From: Mayamaea pseudoterrestris
Lineage: Eukaryota
Assembly: GCA_027923505.1 (NCBI GenBank)
Contig: BROI01000012.1
Coordinates: 868,001-932,000, forward strand
Direction: 5' to 3'
Length of the DNA: 64,000 bases
Made by a program: the position numbers and the translations under genes. The number at the start of each line of letters is the position of its first letter. The first letter of the stretch is position 1. The notes under the pieces are model-generated. The model searched no databases and had not been told where the DNA came from. It saw only the letters and a program-made list of their open reading frames with translations. Shown piece after piece: positions 22,841 to 34,787 of the stretch.

Positions 22841-23665
22841 ATGCGATTACTTTGGAACATATCGTTGATAGCTCTTCTTCTAGCTGCAATATCGCTTCAA
22901 CAAAGCCGGTGTTATGACTTGTTACTCGATGAAGACACGGAGTTTCACCACAACGAGTTTTTGGACGATGAGGCCGACGAAGAAGCAGAAGCAGAGGTTA
23001 TCGATCATTCACCACCAGCCAAAGATCTTACGAAGATACAGGAGATACTAGTAGAGAGTTCACCATCAACTTCTCCAAAAACCTCCAGTGTCGCTGCAAC
23101 TGATTTACAAGTCATACAACTAACGTCAAGGACATTCAGCAAGGTTGGAAACGACGAAAATATATGGCTCATTGAATTCTACGCAGATTGGTGCAGTCAC
23201 TGCACTTCTTTTGCTCATACATACTCTGAAATTGCACGTCACTATCACAGTCAGCCTCAGCTGAAAGTCAAGATAGCTCGCGTCAATGTCGAACAGGAGC
23301 GGGCACTCGCACTGCGATTTGGAGTCAACAGCTTTCCATCGTTTTACGTTATAGATCAATGGTCGGCATATCAGTTTGGGCAGCCGCGATCAAAGAAAAA
23401 TCTAATGGAATTTGTTTCTGGTAAATACAAAAAGCAAGAGCCCTTGCCGTTCCATTCGTCACCCATGGGTCCAATGGGACTGGCACAAGGGGCCCTCGTC
23501 AATGGCGGGTTGCAGCTATCCAATGTATTTTACTGGCTGCAGGACAAGTTTGGGCTATCTTCGCTTGTGGCTGGAACGTTAATGTTTGGAACATTCTTTT
23601 CAGGATGCTTCTTTTGTATTGTCTTTTGCGCCATCGCACTTACTCCCAAGGCCAAGGTTGACTGA
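22841..23665 (+). CDS. Membrane-anchored thioredoxin-domain protein (TMX/PDI-like)
   Basis: Signal peptide MRLLWNISLIALLLAA, WLIEFYADWCSHC active site, FGVNSFPS and a C-terminal hydrophobic helix. Confidence 0.88.
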   Translation: MRLLWNISLIALLLAAISLQQSRCYDLLLDEDTEFHHNEFLDDEADEEAEAEVIDHSPPAKDLTKIQEILVESSPSTSPKTSSVAATDLQVIQLTSRTFSKVGNDENIWLIEFYADWCSHCTSFAHTYSEIARHYHSQPQLKVKIARVNVEQERALALRFGVNSFPSFYVIDQWSAYQFGQPRSKKNLMEFVSGKYKKQEPLPFHSSPMGPMGLAQGALVNGGLQLSNVFYWLQDKFGLSSLVAGTLMFGTFFSGCFFCIVFCAIALTPKAKVD

Positions 23666-23808
23666 CGTCTGGTGTAGGTCGAAGTTAAAGCGGTGTAGAG
23701 CTTACTGTTAGTCACTGAAGTTTACATACTACATCTATAATCACCATCGTCTTCCGCTGTATGAGAAGATGAAATTGTATATGAGTAAGCACGAAGAAAG
23801 CAGTGTGG

Positions 23809-24471
23809 TCAAGAAACATTAAACGTACCATCCTCGTCGACGCTAAAGAAGTGATCCAAATCGATCCAGCCCTTGTCTTTGTACACAATGTCAGGCTTGA
23901 AAGGTATCCTCAAGCCCTCTGCTCGCTTAACATCAGCAGAAATGAATCGCTGATAGTCTTCCATCGACTTGAGACAGAGTACATTTTGGACAATGTGGCG
24001 AGTATCCTCATACGTTCGCATTATGCCAAGAAACTCCTCCCACGACACCCAGTCTTCGGCATACATTTCATCTGGCTTGTTTGGCAGATACTTGTTGCGA
24101 TCAACTCCGTCTTGCAAATAGTCGTTCCATTCTTCCTTGGTCCGTAGGCCCAATTTCATGGCCTCGTTCCGGGCCCACTGGTACGGTAGAAGCCTTCTGT
24201 ATCTTCGAGTCCAAGCCAGAGATCTGTTCCCATATGGTTTCTCATAATATTCATCGTCGTCATCGTCGTCCGCCTCATGACTAGCGCTGCCAAATATGGG
24301 ATGGTGAAACATTTGTGATGGATTTGTGGTTGATGTACTGCCGCCACTGATGACTCGGGCCGACACGAAATGCCTAGGAGAATTTGTCATCAATGCAGCG
24401 CATGAAATAAAGAGGTAGCTCACTGTCAGTATGAGGACATACCGAAGGCTCAGGTATGCCGCTTCCTTCAT
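23809..24471 (-). CDS. Signal-peptide protein with two 'phage-integrase repeat'-like units
   Basis: Two units Y..AR....KLGL....EW..Y...LP.KPD.MY...WVSW.EFLG and Y......LCLKS..DY...IP.KPD.VYKDKGWID...F, plus a hydrophobic N-terminus. Confidence 0.7.
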   Translation of the reverse strand: MKEAAYLSLRYVLILTVSYLFISCAALMTNSPRHFVSARVISGGSTSTTNPSQMFHHPIFGSASHEADDDDDDEYYEKPYGNRSLAWTRRYRRLLPYQWARNEAMKLGLRTKEEWNDYLQDGVDRNKYLPNKPDEMYAEDWVSWEEFLGIMRTYEDTRHIVQNVLCLKSMEDYQRFISADVKRAEGLRIPFKPDIVYKDKGWIDLDHFFSVDEDGTFNVS

Positions 24472-24950
24472 GAGTACGGTATGCTACAACTTAGCAATCA
24501 AAAGGTAGAAAACATGTCACGTCGCGCGAGAATGCAATGGACTTTCAAGGTGAGTACCGATAAGACATCAAGTCGTTCTTCGCAGTGGACAAACTCGTCA
24601 CTCTGTGCAAAACAGTGGCGGATGGGTCGTGTTTAATTTGTCATATTTCTCCGGTGACGTGTGGTGGGAACATGACATGGTCATAGGCAGAAATTACGTC
24701 ACGAAATTGAGTCATTGTGCGTCGCAGTTTGAGACACTCATCGCTTTCATGACGCCTGATAGTCCCGACCGGTACTCACGTTCCGTGATTTTTCGTGCGT
24801 CATTTTCCACGCACTGTGCTCTTAAGAGTGATTGAGGAACAACCAGTCGTTGACAGCTGCCTGCTCAGACGACGTTTGGTTTCCAAGAGACTTGACCCTT
24901 CGTGCGAGATCGCTTTTGGCCTTCCATCATAACCAAACAGCAGCGCCACC

Positions 24951-27447
24951 ATGAAGAACAACAACGGGAATTACTCTCAACAAACAAACAATAGCGTAGA
25001 CTTGAATGCATCATTGAATATAGGACAATCCGCGCAGCAATTATCGCAGCAGGCTCAAGCAGCAATCAACATCCACGTACCTCAGCACGTCCTACCTCCG
25101 CAGTTGATGGCACCTCTGTTTCCAGCCGGAAGTATGCTTGGTAACGCAGCAAATAGCATTGTATCGGGTGATTTATACTCGCAAATAAACCTTGCTAACG
25201 CAAGAAACGCAGGCTCTTTGCCGACACCGGATGCTTACCAGCAGATGGTGGTTCCTCCCACAATGCCCGGTCCCGAGTCGTACGGCACTAGTAGACGCGA
25301 CAAGGGTAATAGCGGTGCAAGTGTCACCGATTTTGGATCATCCGATCGAGCGAAACAGAACCGTGACCGCAACCGAGAGCATGCGCGATCGACTCGTCTC
25401 CGCAAAAAGGCGTACGTTGCGAAACTCAAAGACTTGGTGGAAGGTCTTCACTCGCAACGGACCGAAGACATGCGGCAGCGCCGCGTCGCCATTCAGCACC
25501 TTTCCGAAGTCCAAAGCGTTCGACGAAACGTTGTGCGCACCTTTCTGAACCACTTTTCCACGTACGAGCGAGACGACCGCAAGTGGGCAACCTTGATGGA
25601 GGATTCGTTTTGGTTAAAGGAACCAGTTACGCCATATCGATCCTTTCGGAGAGCAGAGATTGAAAAGGTATGCAGCACGACCCGATAATGATTGGCAGAT
25701 GGGTACTTCCTTTTCTCTGCTTGTTCTCACGCCATTCGCGTTCATCTCCATTATCACAGGACTGCCACATTTCCAAGGGGCTGAGCTCCATCATGTGCAA
25801 CTCGGCGAGTCTTGCCGTCATGGTGGAAAGCATTGGCTCTCGAGGCTCCCGATGGATGCAACTCAAGCGGCAGGAGGTCATTATTGCCGAGGAGGCGCAG
25901 CGAGGAAGCAAGCAAAAGCCGCCATGTCTAATCAAGCAGCCCAGCCGGTTGCAACACGCCATTTCGAGTCTCTCATCAAGTTCAGAGATTCTTAGCGGAG
26001 AAGACTGCACCAGCGTCTCTGACGAAAAGGTTGAGTTAGTATCAGCCACGCAAGATGACAAGACATTCACCACCCAGGAAGGACTGCAGGATGAAGCCGC
26101 GAAAGTGAGCTGCTCCAGCGAGAGTAGTAACGAGGATAGCGACAAGAAGGAAGATGCCTCCAATGTCTACCATGACTACAACGCCAAGCCGCTTCCGGAC
26201 CCAAAGCTCGACGAAGAGGAGAAACGAAGCTCCTCTGGAGATGGTTCGGCCGACGATTATGTTAAACAAGGAGACAACTCGGCAGATAGCTACTCTGGCG
26301 ATGAGGCCGGGGCTGATGCTACTGAAGATGGTCCACTGGCCAAGAGGCAAAAGGTTGATTCGGATGCGCACTCGTCTGCATCAAATAGTTGTGACGTTGC
26401 TGCTACGCAGAAGGCTTTAGGTCCATCTATTGCCAAGAGGGGCGGTATACCGCACAACATTGTCCCAGTCATGACCAAGGTGTCGTCCACTGGCAGCACC
26501 AGCAGTCGATTGGAGAAGGCTCCAGCCGTAGTTTTACCCCCATTTACGGGGTTAGGGAAACGCTCCGGCGGTGGTTCTATGAAGCAAATGAAAAGGTCAG
26601 GCAGCGACATGACTGCTTCAAACAGCAACGGAACTGTCACTAGCAATGCCGATGCGGAGTCATCCTTGTCGTCGGAGTCAAACAAGTTGCCGCGAACATC
26701 GGCTCGCTTTCATATAAATGAAGACGACATGATTATGATGGACAGTGTCCTCATGTGCCCGTTCGTAATGCGCTCGTCCGATGCCGTACTGTGCGGTGCA
26801 CTGGCTGAGTGCGTCATGCCTGGGATGCTTCGTGCTCACTTTTCCCCTCGTAACAAGCTGCTCAGCTTGGAGTTGGTGTACGACTCCATGGGATTTATGC
26901 AGCAGCTAGAAAGAGCAAATGGAAATGAAGGGGCGGCCCAGATTGTTCCTGGCAGCCTGGAGATGGCCTTGACGCCATCGTCAGCCGAAGCTCGAGTCAT
27001 TACCTTGGCCAAGTCACCTTTTCTGATCGTCAATGTGAATGACCTTTGGACTCAGACGACGGGCTACACACAAATGGAGGTAGAAGGCAAGCCATACCTC
27101 TCGCTGTTGGATGGCGAAGCTACGCTGAAACCTGCGTGCGACAAGTCGGGCAAGCCGCTCTACGACCTCGAGGAAGTTGCAAAAGGTCGATCCGCTTGTA
27201 TCGCTAACATCCACTACGACAAGCACGGGAAAGATTATATTGAATACGTTTGTTCCTATCCGCTGACAAAGTAAGTCTCTGAAGTCATAGAGCGTTTTGC
27301 ATGCGTAAGATTTTTCTGATTGGCTGACACCTTTGCATCGTTCCCTCTTTACCGTACAGCTCAAACGACGAGACGACCCATCTTTTGCACGTGAGCAAGG
27401 AGCTTCCGTCGGAACATGGAGGCTCAAACGCCCTCATTACAAGATGA
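24951..27447 (+). CDS. bZIP-PAS transcription factor (exons 24951-25667, 25760-27270, 27360-27447)
   Basis: bZIP basic region RDRNREHARSTRLRKK plus a zipper, and a C-terminal PAS domain (PFLIVNVNDLWTQTTGY...NIHYDKHG...YPL). The GT-AG introns keep the frame. Confidence 0.88.
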
Positions 27448-28759
27448 TTTCATACGACGTGTACTGTATATAAACACGCAAAGATTCGTGCTGCACTCGA
27501 ACTGCTCGATCGCAGCACCCTTAGCTAAAGCCTGGCAACGTCGACCCGGCAACATAATGAACAAATGAACTAGACTTTTTAAAAACCAAAATAGATTGCG
27601 CGCTCCTATGGGCATCCACCGGTGCAAGCATACTTTGACTAAGAACTGAAACATGCTGTTGCACCCTCATCAAGCATCAGTGCATTATTAGCTACTGCAC
27701 TCAAGTAGGAAAGGTCAAGCCGATTCGGAAATTGTGAGGCAGCTGTTTGATGACATCATGATGACGCCCAATGGGATTCAATTGCTTCAACCTGTTCCAT
27801 AGTTCGGCAAGCCAGCTGTTAAGTGACGTCGGATCAGATCGTGTCTTCCGACCTTCACCGCCGTTCTTTCCGCTCACAATTCCAGCCACCAAACTCGAAG
27901 TTGAGACTTCGACAGAGTGTTAGTCAAGTCAAGGGAAATACAAAGATACTCTAGAAGCTTTGGTTCCATGACTTATAATAAACTTACTCGGAGCAAGGGA
28001 GAGGCATCGAGAGCTGGTGATAAGGTATGTTTCTTGGTACTTGGCGGGGTTTATCGTTTTTGTCGAAAGCTAATCGTCGAGTCATCGGCTTGCAGTCGTG
28101 CAGTGCAATTACATATATGCAAAGCAGTGCCTGATCGCTCACAATTCTTTCTATCAGAAACAACAGTCGCTTCTCCCATCCATGACTGCCATCTCAGGGC
28201 AGCAAGCACGCAGCTTCTCTGGCTTTATACCATCGTCTGCTGGCTCGACGAACACGTACTCGCTCGAAGGACACTTTATCGTTTACGAGCAATGCCTGTC
28301 GCATCCTCTCGGACGCCAGAAGCTCCCTCTCTCGGAGCGTTTGGAGCGCAGGTAAGTCATTCGTGTTTATCTGGAAGCATCTGCAGCTGTCGAGCTTTCT
28401 TCGTCACGCCATGGTTGTTGAACAAGAGAGGCGCATCATCGTGGACGACTGCGACTGCAGTTGGCAATTGTCGGAGCGGGTTTGGTTACTTTTATCTGAT
28501 TGACTTCTTTTGGACGCGTCATTTTGGGTGACGCACTAGCTGTTTTCTGCTTAACGAAACTCGCGGCCGTCGTTCGTCATTGGTCATTCGAACGTTGTTC
28601 CTCGCGCCTGCCAAGCACGCGCTGTTCTGATGCCAGGCGGCGTCGTGAAAGGGCTTCGCATGCTCCGTGACGAACAACTTGTGTGCTTGCTCTCCATTCC
28701 TTCGACTCTTTTCTCACTCTCTTCCCATTTTTCTTCATTGACGCAACTACTCCATCTCC

Positions 28760-29773
28760 ATGCCTCGCACTGCAAACACGAAATCAACCGAGTTCAGTCG
28801 CGAGCGGAATCGGATCCATGCGCAGCGAACTCGTCAGCGGAAGAAGGAGCAGTCAACAAGCGTGCAAGCACTCGCTGACGAGTTAAAGAAGGAGCAACTG
28901 CGTCTCAAGCAGGTTATTACGGAAAAGGTTACAGCCAACATTCTCCTGGGACTCTTTGCCAAAAATAGCGGAGCTGACGCTGATGGTTCCGACGATCCTC
29001 GGATTGACGAAATACTCCGGCGACCTGCGGAAGACATTCCGAATGTTTCGCAAATGACTGAGCTGTTGCCTCCGCTTATCCTTCCTGGCCAGCATGCATC
29101 CAAGAAAATGAAGGAAGCTGCTCCTCTCGACGGTTTCGACCATGATTTGCTTGGGAAGGACAGATCGAAATGCTCGTCGAAAGAGCTCGACCTAATTCGT
29201 CGGGAGCGTAACCGCATGCATGCGAAACGCACGCGGGAGCGCAAGCGTCTCTTCATGGGCTCCATGACGGAGATTTGCCGGGCTCTCGAGGAGGAAAACG
29301 ATTTATTGCGTACGCACTTGCGGTCGATTGACCCAGAGCATGAAGCATGCACTCGAGCGCCAACGATGACGACGGCAACTACGCTGATTGCAACATCGAC
29401 AAAATCGACCAAGACGAAGCTAATGTTGACGTCCTTTTCCGAGGATCATACAGTGACAGCCTCCGAGACAAGCACGCCTGCTCTTTCTCCTCATTTGCTG
29501 CCGATTTCTCCAAGTTTCTCCTGCACTGCCGACCAGCTCGACTTGAACGCAACGACCGCCGCTTCTAGCTGCAAAGCGAGTCAGCTCGACATGCGTTTAG
29601 GTGAAATTTCTGTAAGCGACATCTTCAGCTCGCTTTTGGAAGCGGCAATGTTGGAGGAAGTCAGCAAGAAGCGTGTGTACCCATCAGTTTCGTCGGATGA
29701 TTCCAACGATGATGACGATGCGACCCGCCCGCGCGGCATTGCAAACAAGCGGAATCGCATGGTCGAGTTGTAA
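28760..29773 (+). CDS. Transcription factor with two bZIP domains
   Basis: RERNRIHAQRTRQRKK and RRERNRMHAKRTRERKR, each followed by heptad leucines. Confidence 0.88.
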   Translation: MPRTANTKSTEFSRERNRIHAQRTRQRKKEQSTSVQALADELKKEQLRLKQVITEKVTANILLGLFAKNSGADADGSDDPRIDEILRRPAEDIPNVSQMTELLPPLILPGQHASKKMKEAAPLDGFDHDLLGKDRSKCSSKELDLIRRERNRMHAKRTRERKRLFMGSMTEICRALEEENDLLRTHLRSIDPEHEACTRAPTMTTATTLIATSTKSTKTKLMLTSFSEDHTVTASETSTPALSPHLLPISPSFSCTADQLDLNATTAASSCKASQLDMRLGEISVSDIFSSLLEAAMLEEVSKKRVYPSVSSDDSNDDDDATRPRGIANKRNRMVEL

Positions 29774-30251
29774 CCATATTACACGATGTTTCTTCGCAAC
29801 GACTTTCTACATTATTTCTACCATTCCCGTACGCCTTCTCCCACGGCCCGAAGCATCTGACGGCTGGCTTGCTTCCACGAAGACGAAACAATACATATTC
29901 ACAACTTCCAGTCACTCAATTTCGATTCAATACTTCCACTCATATCTCCCTTTCCATCGATCAATGGTTTGTTTGCTCGCTTGCCCAAACGATCAACTGG
30001 CATTTTCTGCTCTGGTCCGACCGAATTGCCTGTCACGCACTTACACAAAATAATCGCACTAATAAAGCATACAGAAAGATCACGACTATCTATTAGTTGT
30101 CACCTTTAGGTAGTTGGCTGGCTGTCTGCTTGTATAACTAGTAGGAAGTATAAATAAATCGCGTTTGCTCAATTGAACACTTTCGCTATTAAACATTAGC
30201 ATGCATCCACACTTCATTATGTACACCTTTAAATATTACACTCTGTTGCTC

Positions 30252-31612
30252 TCACGACCTCATGTCGTCATCGCTTATATCTGTTGAATCGCAGCAAACC
30301 ATTCGTTCCAAACGCTCCGTTAGCTGACGCTCGTTCAAATGTATATTCTCCTTTTCGAGATACGCAACGGCACATTGTTCCGCTTGCTCGGCGTTGATTT
30401 CGAGGTCAAGAATGGATTGGCTTTCGCAGACAAACTGCATGTGCTCAGTCAGCATGACTAACTGGCCCACGAGTTGCGAAGGCGTTGGTGTTTGCACGAA
30501 CATGACACTCTTGGGCATGGCTCCTAGCTGCTCGGACACGATACGGACGGCTGTCCGTTCCTCCGTCGAGTCGCCAAAGGAAATAATTTGTTTTGTTGAC
30601 GAAACTGGCCGAGTTGATGGTTGTTTTAGGTACAGAGATTGGGATGGAGCTTCGAATTCAGTGCTCGAATCGTCTGAGGAAACATCTGTTGACTCGAGGC
30701 TGGTGGTGCCATCATCGTCAACTGCACAAGAATCGAAATACTCATTAACTTCATGAGCAAAAGCTGCAGCTTTCCAGCAAAGAGGTTGGCTTGGATAAAA
30801 CCGTTCATAGCCTGTTCGGGCGGACACGATGCGGTACTTTTCCATGATGGGTAGTAGTTGAGGAAGATATCTTTCGCAGCTGTAATTGACCCAGCCATCA
30901 TCCGAGTTAGTTATGATAATCACCTAGGCAACGCAAAATGGCAAGGGGAGGAAGCCGATGTTGTGTTAGCTATTTTGTAAGTGTGACCATTTCCGTTCAC
31001 ATCGCGTGTGACAAGTTCAAGGGACAGAAACATAGGTAGGCACACGATCGAGCCAAGCCTACTTAACAACGGAGGCAGCAGTATAACCGCCGCATAACGT
31101 ATTTCGTCGACCCGACTGGTCGGCCGGGACCTCTTTCGCGATGTTTCGACATTTCCAAGTACAAAGACTGTTCTTACCTGGCCATGTTTTGATGCTTCAT
31201 GTAAGCAGGCTTCAGCTGCTTTGGCAATTTCGATAAAGACATGCTGGAACTGGCAGGAGAAAATGGCGAGGGATTGTGTGAGCGTATGACGACAGTGAGC
31301 GGTGCGTGAGTTGCAACTCGTTTGCTTTGTCAAAACACGACGCAGACATCGCAAAGATGATCAACGGATTAATCACGTGTAGCAGCCATATAGGCAGAAA
31401 AGTAAAGGCTCATTGTAACCTCTTCGACTCGAATTTCGCCAGCGGTTAGCTTCCGCGCACGATCGTCATTGTCATTCGAAAGGACGTACCGGAACTGGAA
31501 GCTCCGAAACATGATCTATATTGCATCTGTCCACAAAGGAAGATGGACAGATGGTATCATCCCAGTCAAAGATGATAATCTTTTGCTCGTCCTGCTGCTC
31601 CGTCACCGCCAT
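30252..31612 (-). CDS. HAD-superfamily protein (FDWDDT family) (exons 31612-31490, 31249-31178, 30923-30252)
   Basis: IIIFDWDDTICPS (motif I), IIITNSDDGWV (motif II), WK, IISFGDS..ER (motif IV); two in-frame GT-AG introns. Confidence 0.85.
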
Positions 31613-31892
31613 CGTCGTCCTTTCTTCTTTGTGCGAAATGAAACAAAAATGAAGAGAAAATTTGCGCTTAAATTTTGAAAGGCGCGGCACGCTCGGATGC
31701 ACCATATTGGGGCTTAACTACATGTCATTGGCCCGCGAGGCTCGCCGAAATAGTTGACTCACGGCTTTCTCGACTAACAGAGTAACTACGGTACTTGTAG
31801 TAGTATTACTGTATCTTACCGTATCCTACTCACATTAGAATACATTTTATTAAACGAGATAATTAAAGTGTATTGAGAACCTAAGCAGGTCA

Positions 31893-34787
31893 TCATTTTC
31901 GAGCTGAACGAAGTCGTTCATATTCGCGGCGTTGACCGCGATGAGTCAGTTTTTTAGGGATCGTGGGCTGCCCTATGTGAAATCGGCCTTGAGCCTCTTC
32001 TCTGTTTTGTTCAGATATGTCTGCATCAGGAACATGGAACGGGCGAGGAGTATCCATCTCTAAAGTGTTTTCAGCAGCGGTGCCAAAAATGAAGCATGGT
32101 GTTGTCGCGGCGCCTATAGCGGCTGCTTCTTGGGGTCGGCCAAAGTTTTCATCTCCGGACAAGTCGGATGTCGTTGACTGGGGACGAGCGGGCGATCGCA
32201 AGGGGGAGGTGCTCACTGGTGGTTCAAAAGTCAATGTCAGTCCAATTAAGGATGTTTCAACAGCCGAACGACTCAGAGAATCGTGTCCAGAGAACAGACT
32301 TTGCGACGCACCAGTTATAGCGTTCAAAGTAGCGCGTTTATTGTCAGTGGAAGGGACTGGATGCGAGGGGCTGGGCTCGTGAATTGCGATACCACTCAAA
32401 TTCAAGCAAAGGTCTCTCTCAGCAAGGTCTTCAGCTACCAAGACGGAACTCGAGGCATTTCGCATTTTGTTTAAATCTTTGTCAACGAAAGTGGCTGCTG
32501 CACGAGACACAGCTTCGTTGAGTCCGAAATCATTGTTGGCTGCTTCGGATAAGCGGCTGATTAACCGAACAACTGGCAGATCGGCACATCCGAACGGCGT
32601 CGTTGTCATGTGACAAGTAATTTCTGTTGGCGATCCATTTGCTGCTGTAGCTTGAGCGCCAGTACAGTTGTCTTCATAGATATCACTCAAAGCATCGACG
32701 GCCTCATTTATTGTGGGCAAAGCAGACCTGATAGCAAGAGTCGAGTCCAGGAATGGTGCGGTTGAAACTGCTGATTCATCAGCAGCACTCGCCGCCACGG
32801 CTTGATCCCCTGGCATTCGTACTGTAGTATCACTCAGCGGGGACGCGTAAGTATTCATGTCAGGCGACGCAAGTGTGCCCGACGCCGTCGGCATCGCAGA
32901 GTGCCCCGTCTGCGTGCTGCCATCTACTCCAACATCCGAGAGACTGCTATTCATGCCGCTTCCTTGTGTGTAACTGTACTTGGTCGGATCGAAATAAAAG
33001 TAAAAGGATTGCTGCCAAGCCGCTGATGGGTCCATAGATGTATCGTCTGTTAGCCCAAAACGGAAAATGGCACCAGGCGGAATGAGGCTGCTTTTTACGT
33101 GAGCAGCAACATTAGAGGCTGATGTCGATTCGCTTGACCATCTGGCATTTCTTGTGTTTATTCGTGAAGTACCCGATCGAACTCGTCCCTTGCAACGAGT
33201 CTTGGGTGTTCGACGGAGCGCAGTGCCTAAAGTGAACACGACTGGCGTCGGATTGCTGTTTTTATCAGCTACTTGCAGATGGCTTTGCGTAATATTTGAC
33301 CCCGCGCTGCCAGTAGGCAGGGATGTTGGGTCTCCCACAATGGCACTCAGGTCTTGACGAGCTCTGGCATCCATCGGTAAAGGGACTCTTCCTTTGACAA
33401 ACAGACGTTCTGCCAGAGTTGCAGCAGTTGTTAAAATTGGGCTCGAGCCATGTCGAGAACCGCCGCAACAATTATCCTGTTGCATGGGCAGCTTCCCGCC
33501 TGTAAAGGGCTGGCGGCGGTTGATCACCGTCTTGGCTGCCGAGTCATTCGTATCACAATCGCTTGCTCCGAAAGCAGCAGGAGATGAAAGGTGCACCATA
33601 TTACGATCGTAATGTTGCAAGCGCCGCTCCTCAAATGAATACTTTTGGTGTCGAACCGTCGCTGCCACGCTTGGGGATTGCCATGGGGATTGCCATACGC
33701 GTGGAGAAATCTTAGTTTCGGTTGTATGCGGCTGCACAGACGCTATGTCATGTACGCTCGAGGTTTGTTGCCGAGGTTGTGGACGTGCACTTGGACCACT
33801 GTCACTTGTTTGTATGCGATCATTTTCCGGCATAAAGCCGATGCCGTTATCTCGTAGACGTATCTCTTCAAAAGAAGAGTCTTCATATGCCGGCATGGCA
33901 GTGATGCTTTGCATGGAAATGAAACCGTTACCCTCGCAAACTGGAGTAGGCGTGAAACGAGATGGACGCAACGTCGCATCCGGCGACGGATCGAGCTCCA
34001 ACGTGCCAATACTAGGTACCTGACGCAGCACTCCGTCATCTTGGTCCCCGGGATGCGTGCCTAATAGTAATGCAGGGACTGTGGGCACTGATTCTACTTG
34101 ATTCGATACTATCGCCGTTGATGATGCAGACAGTTGGCTCGTCGCAGAGAATGCATTAGTCATGATGGTACGTCCACTTATGGACGGGCCGTCAAGGTTG
34201 GCAAGCGTTGTAGAGTCACTTTTCGGCAATGACACATCGCTTGGCCTCGACAAGGAAAGCGTCGAAGCTTCTGCTGCTGCTGGCAATGGTTGGAGAGCAC
34301 CGAGTGCATCAACCGATACGCCACAGAGACGTAGCATGACTTGTGCAAATCGCAAAGCAATCTGTGCATCATCTCGGTGTTGCTTTATAATCGAGAAAAC
34401 GGTAGAAAGATAGCTGCTATTGAGCAAGTTTGCGACAAACGAGTCATCCACAAGCATGCATTCAAGCGAGTCCAAGGCGTCTTGTACCGTCTGACGCGTA
34501 GAACTAGCCAAGGCTTGTAGAATGGGTTGAAAGAATTCGTCCTCGTGAAGATAACTATCGCCAAGGTCAACGTGAATGCGCCCACTGGAAGTCACCGTCT
34601 GCCGACAAATGCAACATTCGTAAAATCCATCATTGTCCGACGGAGTTTTCCGGACATAGCGGCGATAGCATTTCTCATGGAAGACATGACCGCAGGGGAG
34701 GCAAGCAAGAGTCTTTCCAGTGCTCAAATGTAAAAGACAAATGGAGCATTCGTTCCGATGCAATTCGCTTGTATTACGAGTACTCAT
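31893..34787 (-). CDS. RING-H2 protein with GLEBS-like motifs and a low-complexity, FG-like C-terminus
   Basis: CSIC...LPCGHVFHEKC...CCIC RING-H2, QSITAMPAYEDSSFEEIRLRD (Nup98 GLEBS-like) and a ~964-aa open frame. Confidence 0.78.
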   Translation of the reverse strand: MSTRNTSELHRNECSICLLHLSTGKTLACLPCGHVFHEKCYRRYVRKTPSDNDGFYECCICRQTVTSSGRIHVDLGDSYLHEDEFFQPILQALASSTRQTVQDALDSLECMLVDDSFVANLLNSSYLSTVFSIIKQHRDDAQIALRFAQVMLRLCGVSVDALGALQPLPAAAEASTLSLSRPSDVSLPKSDSTTLANLDGPSISGRTIMTNAFSATSQLSASSTAIVSNQVESVPTVPALLLGTHPGDQDDGVLRQVPSIGTLELDPSPDATLRPSRFTPTPVCEGNGFISMQSITAMPAYEDSSFEEIRLRDNGIGFMPENDRIQTSDSGPSARPQPRQQTSSVHDIASVQPHTTETKISPRVWQSPWQSPSVAATVRHQKYSFEERRLQHYDRNMVHLSSPAAFGASDCDTNDSAAKTVINRRQPFTGGKLPMQQDNCCGGSRHGSSPILTTAATLAERLFVKGRVPLPMDARARQDLSAIVGDPTSLPTGSAGSNITQSHLQVADKNSNPTPVVFTLGTALRRTPKTRCKGRVRSGTSRINTRNARWSSESTSASNVAAHVKSSLIPPGAIFRFGLTDDTSMDPSAAWQQSFYFYFDPTKYSYTQGSGMNSSLSDVGVDGSTQTGHSAMPTASGTLASPDMNTYASPLSDTTVRMPGDQAVAASAADESAVSTAPFLDSTLAIRSALPTINEAVDALSDIYEDNCTGAQATAANGSPTEITCHMTTTPFGCADLPVVRLISRLSEAANNDFGLNEAVSRAAATFVDKDLNKMRNASSSVLVAEDLAERDLCLNLSGIAIHEPSPSHPVPSTDNKRATLNAITGASQSLFSGHDSLSRSAVETSLIGLTLTFEPPVSTSPLRSPARPQSTTSDLSGDENFGRPQEAAAIGAATTPCFIFGTAAENTLEMDTPRPFHVPDADISEQNREEAQGRFHIGQPTIPKKLTHRGQRREYERLRSARK

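Noticed and set aside
24951..27447. Aureochrome photoreceptor
   Set aside because: The PAS domain lacks the flavin-binding GxNCRFLQ motif.
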